From contig OZ024741.1 in the NCBI GenBank assembly GCA_964016885.1, positions 306,404,001-306,468,000 on the forward strand: DNA of 64,000 bases. Direction: 5' to 3'. This document shows positions 1 to 11,049 of this stretch, one piece after another. The position numbers and the translations under genes were made by a program. Under the pieces are notes generated by a model. The model was not told the DNA's origin. It made no database searches and saw nothing but the letters and a program-made list of their open reading frames with translations. Within the stretch, counting starts at the first letter, position 1; the number at the start of each line of letters is the position of its first letter. The stretch is from Eledone cirrhosa (taxonomy: Eukaryota).

Positions 1-271
1 CAACCATACATGTGCGTATATATATATAGAAGTAGTAACACAACAGTTCACCATACCAAGAACAATTGTTTCACCTTATGCAGATCTTCAGTTCAGACTG
101 ATAATGGTTATACAGAACAGGAAAATGAGAAACAACTGTATGAATATGCATGCGCAGAAACGGTCATTTCTCCCAAGCGATAAAAATGCATGGTTGAAAG
201 GTGTAATTTATTTTGCGAATGTCCAGAATAAATTGTTTGAGTTGATTAGAATATTAAAATGTTGATGTTAT

Positions 272-600
272 TCAATCCGGAGCTTTGCAGTTATGCAAGA
301 TGTGTTTCCAGATATGTGGACAACGTGAGAAAAGCTCATATCTTGAATTTAGGCAATCACTATTGCGTAATCTCCTTAGAATATTGATCCTTTCTTCAAA
401 TCACAGTCCACAAGATGGATTACGCCCTGTGTATGGCTTGAACTTAATGATAGCTTTCCATTGAATGGAGTAGTCTTTGAGGGACCATATGTGGCTCGCA
501 AGCTTCGTGGATGATCGTTTGTCCGGGTACCTAAAGGTCAACTGATGGTTCAGGAAGCGTTCCTTAAACCGGCCCTCCTAGTATTTGACCTCCTGTGGAT
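272..600 (-). mobile_element. Penelope-like element GIY-YIG endonuclease C-terminal fragment (pseudogene)
   Basis: Minus-strand translation EGRFKERFLNHQLTFRYPDKRSSTKLASHIWSLKDYSIQWKAIIKFKPY...SCGL*FEERINI...CLNSRYELFSRCPH resembles PLE GIY-YIG C-termini; internal stop. Confidence 0.75.
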
Positions 601-1257
601 ATGGCAGACTGTGGGTATGGTTAACTATATGGAATGACCAGTCCTATCGAGTGGTGAACCACCAAACTACAATGTGTAGAAATATATATATATTTATATA
701 TATGTATATATATATGATGTTATAGTATAATAGGTCACTATTTTCATTGGTAAGATGAGTTAAGCACAATTCACTGTTTTACCCTTCATTCTTCAGGAGT
801 GAACACAAACTGGGTCAAAAAAGGGCAGTTACAGTAGCAGAGCATTTACAATTCAAAATTCAATATGAATTATATGCATACCAAAACTTTAACATACAGA
901 AAAATAATTAATTGACATACCGATAACAAAAATATACCACATATGTCATATATATAAAGGTGTGTGACATGTGTTTATATATATATATATGATAAAGAGC
1001 AGTATCAATATAGCATCATTATGTTTATTCATATGACATGTATTCATATGATTGGTAGTGATCATGCCTGACTCTGGAATTCATAGCTCACCAGGCTTGT
1101 GGATTCTTAATATTAATAACAATCTGTTTCTTGACCAACTATTGTGAAATACCAAATGTAGAGTTACACATAGGCCACCAGACCCAAATATTAGCATTGA
1201 GTGCTCAAACATGTGAATCATCAGTAAGTAAACATATATACACTATATATATATATA

Positions 1258-1748
<491 letters not shown>

Positions 1749-1871
1749 ACCGGGTGATGTGTTGTTTCCTTGAGCAAGACACTTTATTTCACATTGCTCC
1801 AGTTTACTCAGCTGTAGAAATGAGATGATAGAGGCTGGGGTCCCTATCATTCCACTGCAATATCTATATAT

Positions 1872-2224
1872 ATATTACTTCAAAATATTAATAAATATAG
1901 ACATTCATGTGATCAAATATATTTTATTATATATATTTCAGAGGTACTGAGCTGTTTCATCAGTACGTCCTCATCAGATAAAATAAATTGATGTCTGACA
2001 TACGTCAACTGTGCTGATGGTTCAATTCCAGTTTTGCAAAAACTGGAATTGAATTTTGCCAAAACTGGAATTGAACCATCAGCACAGTTGACGTATGTCA
2101 GACATCAATTTATTTTATTTGATGAGGACGTACTGATGAAACAGCACAGTACCTCTGAAATATATATATTAAAATATATTTGATCACATGAATGTCTATA
2201 TTTATTAATATTTTGAAGTAATAT
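1872..2224. repeat. Long fold-back inverted repeat (~165-bp arms)
   Basis: 1872-2036 is the reverse complement of 2060-2224 with few mismatches; nested palindrome at the centre. Confidence 0.92.
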
Positions 2225-2550
2225 TAATAACTCCAGAAAACCTCACTGTTGAATGCTTCTAATCTATTGTAAAACTATATTCATTGATTAATCAATGAAC
2301 CTTGTTAAACTTTTGGTTATATATATAGTGAAAGAATGAAGAGTAACATGGTTGGCTGTACAACAAGGTGCTTTATTTCAGGTATTGACAATTGTTTCAT
2401 TGATCAGGTGAGTCTAGAGGTTGCTAATCGCTTGAAGTTGCGTCACTCGATCTCCATTACATTATTTACCTATCCACGATGCAGAGTACTCACAACCTCT
2501 AACTGGATTACCTATAAGGATAACTTGTTATCCCATATATATATATATAT

Positions 2551-3655
2551 ATGGTGGAACTGGAGAAGAAATTCCAAACATGGAAGCAGGGACTAGAAAG
2601 AAAGGGTCTCAAAGTCAACCTGACAAAGACTAAGGTCCTCGTAAGTAGACGAGAAAACAGAACCCAGATCCCCTCAGGGAAATGGCCTTGCTCAGTATGT
2701 TGGAAAGATGTAGGTAGGAACTCCATCCTCTGCCCCAAATGCAAACAATGGGTACACAAGAGATGTTGCGGGATCTCAGGAAGCTTAACTAAGAATGTAG
2801 GCTTCACATGTAACAACTGCGCTGGGACAGCAAGCAGCAAACAACCAGAGGAAACAAGCACCACCAAACTCTGGGAGGGCTCTGTAGAAACACTAGACAG
2901 CTTCTGCTACCTAGGTGACCGAATTAGCAGCAGTGGTGGGTGTTCGGAAAGTACAATAGCTAGGGTAAGAACGGGATGGAAGAAGTTCAGGGAACTACTA
3001 CCACTGCTAGCTGCAAAAGGCTTTTCCCTCAAAATGAAAGGCAGACTGTAAGATGCGTGTATATGAACAGCAATGTTACATGGTAGTGAGACCTGGGCGC
3101 TGAAGGTGGAAGACTTATGTAGATTAGAAAGAAACGAAGCCTGCATGCTCCGATGGATGTGTAATAGTAATATACGTGAATGGCAAAGCATAAACGAATT
3201 GAGAGAGAGACTGAGCATAAGAGGAATCAAATGCTGTGTGCAGGAGAGGAGGTTGCATTGGTATGGACATATGATGCGTATGAAGGATGACAGCTGCATA
3301 AAAAGGTACAGAGCACTAGAAGTTAATGGAAACTGCGGAGTGGGGAGACCCAAGAAGACTTGGGATGAGGTGATAAAAGGCGAGCATACCCAATTGCATC
3401 CCTCAAGGGCGATGACACACGAACATGACCTCTGGTGTCACGCAGAATTACAGAAGACCCGACCCTCCACAGGTACAAGCCAAAGCTGAAGCATATAGAC
3501 AGTATGCCCTCACCTCCTCCCACTGCAAAGTGGTCGTGGAGGTGCCATGGCAAAAAAGCACCCAGCCCACACTGTAAAGTGGATGTGTAGGCGCCATAGA
3601 AAAAAGCACCCAGCACTCACTGTAAATGAGGTTGGTGTTAGGAAGGGCATCTGAA
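2551..3655 (+). mobile_element. RTE-clade LINE, 5'-truncated ORF2 C-terminus plus 3' UTR
   Basis: [46 protein letters not shown] motifs; in-frame stops. Confidence 0.9.
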
Positions 3656-4105
3656 AGGGCTGAAGACGAGCACTTACCTCTTCGGTGATGCCCTGATTAA
3701 CTTTTTCAAATTCCATTTGAAAAGGAAAATCAGGGTAAGAGGGGAGTGCTCTCTTCCCAGCATTTTGTTGACAGATGGGTGAGAGAGGCAAGAATGGCCC
3801 GAGTGAATGGGCCTACTCTGAGTATATGCCTGTAAATTGAAGGTGGAAAACTGGGAGAGGGCACTTGCCCTGGTGGTCAGGGTCACCGTGGCTTTTTTTA
3901 ATGGGCTTTCTTCACAATGGCCCTTGGAAGTCTCCCCCCTATTGGGGAGTTTTTCATTGTTCTTTTTTTGTTACATCCTGTTTTTTTGTTTTTTTACACG
4001 CAGATATGCCCATTTGTACCATCCTGTATTGTCCTGTACTGTCCTTAATGTCTACTTTGTGTAAACCCTTGTGGTTAATAAAGAAAGCATTATTATTATT
4101 ATTAT
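3656..4105 (+). mobile_element. Probable Tx1/L1-type LINE 3' fragment
   Basis: Degenerate LINFFKFHLKRKIRV...FVDRWV-like C-terminus, T-rich 3' UTR, AATAAA followed by (ATT)n. Confidence 0.5.
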
Positions 4106-4819
4106 TATTGTCGTTATTATGTTTTTTTGCTTTTTTTTTTGTGCAATGGCCATACTCGATAACGAGCAGGCAGCCATCATATATATATGTATATATATAT
4201 ATATATAGAGAGAGAGAGATGTATGTATATATATATGTGTATATATATATGTATGTATATATATATGAATATATATATGTATATATGTATGTATATATAT
4301 GTATATATATATGCAAGCCAACCAATCTTGCCTCAAGTGGGAAAATTCCTGTCCAAACCCATGCTAGCATGGAAGATGGACGTTAAACGATGATGATGAT
4401 GATGATATATATATATATATGTATAAATATATGTGTATATATATGTATGTATGTATATATATGTATGTATATATGTATGTATGTATGTATACCCATCAGT
4501 AGGGGTTCTCCTACATGGATATAAAGTAGTGGCCGTACTCGAAAACGAGTTGGCAGCCACCATGTATGTATATATATATATGTATATATATGTATATATA
4601 TATATGTATATATATGTATGTATGTATGCATATATATGTATGTATGTATGTATATATATGTATATATGCATATATATATATATATGTATATGTGCCTATG
4701 TATTTATCTATATGTATATATGTATATATATATCCCATGCAAGCGTGGAAGATGGACGTTAAACGATGATGATGATGATATATGTATATACATATATATT
4801 TATATACATATATATGTAT

Positions 4820-6810
4820 CATCATCATCATCATCATCATTTTACATCCGCTCTTCTCTGATGCAAGGGCGGGACGGGTCTTATTCAGCACAGCATCTCT
4901 CCACTCGTCACGGTCCTTCGTCATCTCTACTGTGAGCTTCAATGATCTGAGGTCTGTTCTCACCACCTCCGCCCATGTTTTTCGTGGTCTACCTCTACCA
5001 CGTCTTCCTTCAACTGGCATTTCCTGGCACTTCTTCACCCAACGGTCATCCTCCATGCGCATCACATGTCCACACCACCTCAGTCTCCTCTCCCGTACAC
5101 TACATTCTATCCCTCTCAGACACAGTTTCTCTCTCAACACATTCATTCTGGGTCGTTCAGGCACATTTACACTGCACACCCAACGGAGCATGCTTGCCTC
5201 ATTTCTCTCCAGCCATCGCATATCCTCTGCAGTTGCTGCCCATGTCTCACTACCATGCAGCATCGCGCTCCTCACACAGGCATCATACAACTGGCCTTTC
5301 GTACGCAGGGAGAAACCCTTCTTCATCAACAGAGGAAGCAGCACCTAAACTTCTTTCAACCCGTCCTTATTCTAGATACTATGGCATCGGAACACCCTCC
5401 TCCCATGCTAATCTGATCTCCTAGGTATCAGAAGCTATCCACCACTTCTATAGCACCCTCTCGCATTTGAAAAATCAATGCGACTTCTACTGTCTAATTT
5501 CCCTGTAGATCTACTGCATAGATATTTATCCTACCTGTTAGTTTGCCAGCTATCCCGCTACATCTCTTGTGTACCCAGGATCTGCATTGTGTGCATTTTA
5601 TAGAATTTATGCCAGTTCCTTTTCTGCATATCGAACATGGCCATTTCTCTGATGGAATCAGAGTTTTGTCCTCTTTTCTACTCTTGTCTTAGCTAGGTTC
5701 ACTCTCAGTCCTCTTGCTTCCAACTGCTGTTTCCATAGCCAGAATTTATTCTCTAGCTCCTCTACTGATTCTGCTATAAGAACCAGATCGTCAGCATAGA
5801 GAAGTTCCCATGGACAGCCAGTCTTAAACTCCTCTGTTATGGCTTGGAGGACTATAATGAACAAGAGCGGGCTGAGGACCGAACCTTGATGTACTCCTAC
5901 TTGTATCTGAAATTCCTCACTAAACTCCATTCCTACCCTGACTTTACTGAGAGTACCTCTGTAAAAAGTTTGCACTGTCCTCACAAGCAATTCATCAACA
6001 CCTAGTTTCCTTAGGGACCACCAGATGACAGATCGGGGTACCCTAACAAAGTCCTTCTCTAGGTCAACAAAGGCTAAGTATAGTGGCTTATTTTTCTCTA
6101 AGAATCTCTCTTGCAATTGTCTCACCAAGAAGAGGGCATCTGTTGTACTCTTCCCAGGCACAAAACCAAACTGCATCTCATCTAGTTTGACCCTTTCTCT
6201 AATTAGATGTGCTAATATCATTTCTGCCACTTTCGTAACCTGATCCATCAGTTTCATACCCCTATAATTGCTCCTCTCCAGAGCATCTCCTTTACCTTTG
6301 TAGCAATTTATGAGAATACTGCTGCACCAGTCTTTGGGTATGACACCACCATATATAGCCTGATTGATGATGCGTGCAACCAGTTTAGTGCCTACGTCCC
6401 CTGGTGCCTTCAGCATCTCAGCAACTATTCCCGATGGTCCAGCAGCCTTACCATTTTTCATTTCCTTAATTGCCTCTTGGACCCTATATTCGTCAATCAT
6501 AATAGCTCTGTCGGATCTACTAAGGGTAATTTCTCTCTCTCCCATTCGTTCTCCACATTCATCAGTCTCTCATAATGACATTTCCAGGCCTCCTTTTTCT
6601 GATCATTCGTGACACTAAGTACACCGGCATCATTCCGGACACATTTATCTCCAACAACATCCTGATTTGCATTGACACACTGCCTTGCAATGTGGAACAT
6701 CGCAGAACATTGGCAAACCTCCTACTCTCAGCCTCCCTGCGTGCTAAGTACACCTGACGTCTAGCTTCTCTCTTAGTGGCTGTATATTCTTCCCTACTCC
6801 CACCCTTTTT
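4820..6810 (-). mobile_element. RTE-clade LINE with RT domain, 5'-truncated and frameshifted
   Basis: ORF 5658..6545 has KAAGPSGI, NYRG, QFGF, AFVDLEK, GVHQGSVLSP, LLYADD; ORF 4511..5344 carries the C-terminus; (ATG)n tail near 4820-4840. Confidence 0.95.
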
Positions 6811-6825
6811 TTATATATATATATT

Positions 6826-7028
6826 ATTATACTTTGGGAGGGTCATGCTGCCAATAAAAACACATGCAGCTGTTGGATTTCACTTCAATTTATTATAAAT
6901 TCCCAGTCTGTTAGATGTTCGTTTAGTTGTTATTAAACTAACTGACTGGGAGTTGATAATAAATTAAGTGAAAGCCAACAGTTGTGTGTGTTTTTATTGG
7001 CAGCATGACCCTCCCAAAGTTAACAATA
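6826..7028. repeat. Degenerate fold-back inverted repeat
   Basis: actttgggagggtcatgctgccaataaaaacaca pairs with tgtgtttttattggcagcatgaccctcccaaagt; inner arms more diverged. Confidence 0.85.
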
Positions 7029-7171
7029 CCTGTTTCAATACACATTTTCAGATAAGAAATCTTGCAAAACAAATACAAAAACGAAGTATATATCATCATC
7101 ATCATCATCATCTTCGTTTAACGTCCATCTTCCACGCTAGCATGGGTTAGACTATCATCATCATCATTTCA

Positions 7172-7493
7172 TTTCATTTTACGTCCACTTTTCCCTGCTT
7201 GCAAGGGTGGGACAGGAACTGATTCTGGCTTGATTTCTACAGCTGGATGCCCTTCCTAACACCAACCTCATTTGCAGTGAGGGCTGGGTGCTTTTTTGCC
7301 GTGGCACCTCCACGACCACTTTGTAGTGGAATGATAGGGACTGGGGTCCCTATCATCTCATTTCTACAGTTGAGTAAACTGGAGCAATGTGAAATAAAGT
7401 GCCTTGCTCAAGGAAACAACACATCGTCCGGTCTGAGAATTGAACTCACAACCTTTTGATTGCAAGGCCAATGCTCTAACCACTAAACCATGT
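7172..7493 (-). mobile_element. SINE family A copy
   Basis: Near-identical to 1258-1590. Confidence 0.85.
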
Positions 7494-7696
7494 ACATATA
7501 TATATTTCCCTTCAAATCTATACACACACATATATGCATCTACATTTGTGCTTGCATGTGTGTGTGTATATATATATAGTGAATATCATTTCACACCTTT
7601 TATTGTTAAGATTGTTGATGTTCTATTAAGAGAACCGATTTTACTGAAAAAATCGAATAATGTACACCATTTTACCAAGGGGAAAAAAATACTGGT

Positions 7697-7737
<41 letters not shown>

Positions 7738-8021
7738 CACAAACACATACACACGCGTACATCAACATACAAAGAGACTTATACACACACACACACACAC
7801 ACGCACTTCTCCGTATAAGACAAAAGCTGAAAAATATCTTTTGACCTTCGATTGACTCTGCTGTGTGTATGTACGCACACACACACACACACACACTTAT
7901 CTTAATAGCCATTTGACACACATCGCTGGTGGCTATTGTCGCAGCATCGAACACCTTACTACTACTACTACACACACACACACACACACACACATATTTG
8001 TTGTGAAAGAGTCATTTCTCA

Positions 8022-8255
8022 ATCTTGGCGCAAAACCAATTTTTTATCCACATGACCTCTACCGACCAATCAAAATTGTTTTGACCAATAATTTTTGCTG
8101 GAGCCACTTTTCTAACATTTTAACATAAAAACAGTCTTGGCGCAAAATCAACTTTTTACATTCACATGACCTCTACCGACCAATCAAAATTGTTTTGACC
8201 ACAAGCATTTTTGCAACACAAAAATAACGCTGGAGCCATTTTTTTAACATAAAAA
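8022..8255. repeat. Tandem duplication of a ~110-bp unit
   Basis: tcttggcgcaaaa...cacatgacctctaccgaccaatcaaaattgttttgacc occurs twice. Confidence 0.75.
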
Positions 8256-8542
8256 CAGGTAGAATTCCCAAAACTAATCAGATCAGAGCAAACAGCACGG
8301 ACACTCTATCTCAAAATTATTTTTGAAAAGCATTTAGAAATGCGCAACCGGTAAAAACTTAAAAACTTAAAACCACAACTGAATACTAACCCATACAATC
8401 ACTAATACTCTTTTATTCCTAATTAAACCATTTTTCAACTGTGAACAATTTGTCAGCATTTTCTATTCCGTTTACCAATATTTGTGTGTTACAATTACCA
8501 ATATTTGTGTACCAATACTTGTGTGTTACACCTCTATTCTTT

Positions 8543-8574
<32 letters not shown>

Positions 8575-8607
8575 ACAGGTAAAAAGAGGATTAACACAGA
8601 TAAGCAA

Positions 8608-8649
8608 TATAATAGGGTTTATTCCAATATTGGAATAAACCCTATTATA
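8608..8649. repeat. Perfect 42-bp palindrome
   Basis: tataatagggtttattccaat|attggaataaaccctattata. Confidence 0.95.
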
Positions 8650-8689
8650 CTCCTATTACTACTCCAAGAACTACTAATCACAGAATTTG

Positions 8690-9099
8690 ATTTTGCTATT
8701 GTTGTTCATGAATGGATGAATGCCCACTTCCCTGGGAGATGGATGAGAGTCATGGTCCACATGAGTGGCCAGCCAGAAGCCTTGACTTAACACCCTGTGA
8801 CTTTTTTCTTTGGGGCTGGTTAAAGAAGCAAGTCTACTCTACCAAACCAACGACTTTGGATGAACTTGAAGGGCGAATACCATAAGTTATGTCTTCCATC
8901 CCACAAGAGTTCCTGGTGAAATCAGTTGATGTTGTTCCCAGGCGGCTTGAGAAGCTGGCAGAAAATGCTGGTGCCCATATCAAATTTCAAATAAAACTCC
9001 ATTCTATACACTTTTCTCTCATATTCATTTCTTGTAAAAATTATAGCGAAGAAATTATAAGAACTTTAAAATAGGGAGTTACTTTTCAATCATCCTGTA
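8690..9099 (+). mobile_element. Tc1/mariner-superfamily transposase C-terminal fragment with right end
   Basis: HFPGRW..GPHEWPARSLDLTPCDFFLWGWLKKQVY...LEKLAENAGAHI; ends at aatcatcctg followed by TA. Confidence 0.85.
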
Positions 9100-9703
9100 T
9101 ATATATATACAATACATGCATATACACAACACTGAAGTCTGGTATGAATAAAAATGAATTTCTCAAGATCATAGCATTCATGTACAGTACAAACATAATA
9201 ATACAGATTAAATTTTTATTTTTAAATTATCAAGATTTAAAAAATACTCATGTTGAAATAAAGCATAGAATAACTAATGAAATTGTTAAGAGTTTCCTGC
9301 TTGAAAGTTTATTCTTTGAAACTAAATCAGAATTTCAACATACATATCTTTTAAATTGGATAAAATAAACAAGATAATTTTTTTTTTTTGTAGTAATGTG
9401 GGAGTGATAGTGGTGTGTTATTTTTGATAAGATATAAGATATTCAGTAATGTCGTGGTGATAACAGTGTATTATCTTTGATAAAGTTTATTGCATAGCAG
9501 TAGCTAATCTAGCCACAAATTACTTGCTCTCTAAGTATATCAAGCCTGTAAAAATCCTTTGTGTATTTGTTGGTTGGATAGAATGCAGTGTGGTAATGCA
9601 GTCATGTTACATCTCATGTATTCATTTGAAGTCAACTCAATTAGCTCATGATAGATTTAATATGTAATTTTTGGTATGATAGATTATGTTAACAGATAAT
9701 TGT

Positions 9704-9868
9704 TTCTACTTTAGGCACAAGGCCAGCAATTTCCCAGTGCATTACTGGTACTTTATTTTATCGACCCCGTAAGGATGAAAGGCAAAGTCAACCTCGGCGG
9801 GATTTGAACTCAGATCGTAAAGGGACGTAACTATGCTGGAAAGCATGGCGTCCGACCCTCTACCGATA
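9704..9868 (-). mobile_element. tRNA-derived SINE family B (Nin/Deu-domain-like core)
   Basis: B box GAGTTCAAATCC followed by GCCTTTCATCCTTACGGGGTCGATAAAATAAAGTACC, resembling the Nin/Deu domain; copies near 14725, 28227, 28895, 43100, 48544-49237, 57825, 58008. Confidence 0.8.
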
Positions 9869-10205
9869 GTTTGTTTGCATAACTAAATACCACAACATAT
9901 GCTGTCTGGTGCTCTAACGATCCTGAAACGTAATGATGTAGATTGAATCATATCTTATGATCTAGTTCCTACTAATAATTTTTTTATTTTTAAATTAAAC
10001 AAAATATACTTTATGGATTCTTTTGCAGCACACATCTATTAACATTACAAAGAAGAAAAGAGTGGAATGTCAGAGCTAGCTGAGCTCAAGACTAGATAAC
10101 TATTTAATTGTACTAAAATAATCCACTCCAATATATCTGTAGTCTTGTGCTCATGTAATCCACTCTAATATATTTATAACCCTGTGCTAATGTATTTCAC
10201 CCCAA

Positions 10206-10406
10206 TACAAGGGTTGCTGAAAATTTCCTAGGCTGACCAAGGTACTCTCATGGAATGACCAAACAAGGTTTATTTTTCAGCATAGTTCTTGGAAAGAAAC
10301 AATTTAGTTATTAATAAGAAGAGCTGAAACTAATGCATGCAAGATTTCACATCTCTAACATCACTCCTTCAGAGTCAGCCTATAAACTTTTCAACCCACC
10401 CTCATA
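10206..10406. mobile_element. Mariner-type MITE remnant
   Basis: Imperfect TIRs tacaagggttgctgaaaa / ttttcaacccaccctcata, bounded by TA. Confidence 0.6.
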
Positions 10407-10980
10407 TTTCTGTAGTTTTGTATTCATGTAAAAAAAATGATATTTACAAAAGCTGTAATACTGAAGATAGCTGAGGTGGCAGGCTGTTAGACTAAAATAT
10501 TTTCAATGTTTTATCTCTTTCAATTTTGAGTTCAAATGCTGCTACAATTAACCTTGTCTTTGGTTTCACTTGAACACACTTAAAATAGCAACAAGAACAA
10601 TAACAATTTATTTTAAGGCCATTTTTCCTGCTAAGGCTGAATTTAATCTTGCAGCACCCATGATAGGCTCCTTTTTCAGCCAGATACCTTTCCTGATATA
10701 AACCTTTTTAATCAATTTTTACATGTATCGATATGATGTACCTTTGCTAAACAAGATACACACAGCCAAACACCATTAATATACACAAGATCAATTTTGG
10801 TTGAAACCCTTCCCTTACAAAAATCTCACTTTGTGCTCAAAAGAGGTATTAATATTGCAAAAATGTCAAATAACTTTTTTTCTGTTGGCAGAAAACTACT
10901 CTCATCCATTTCTATGCTTACCATTCTTGCAATATCATCTTATTCACCAATAAAAATGAAACATAAGGTAAATAAAGTTG

Positions 10981-11049
10981 TCAACAGTTTTCTCGCTCAA
11001 AGTTGAATTTGATAACAGCATCTTTTTGTGGATCACATTGATTCAGAAC
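10981..11049 (-). CDS. DNAAF3: DNAAF3 exon 16, terminal coding part (VLNQCDPQKDAVIKFNFERENC*)
   Basis: Pyrimidine-rich acceptor ending tctcag; phase 0; TGA at 10983-10981. Confidence 0.8.
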   Translation of the reverse strand, partial: VLNQCDPQKDAVIKFNFERENC

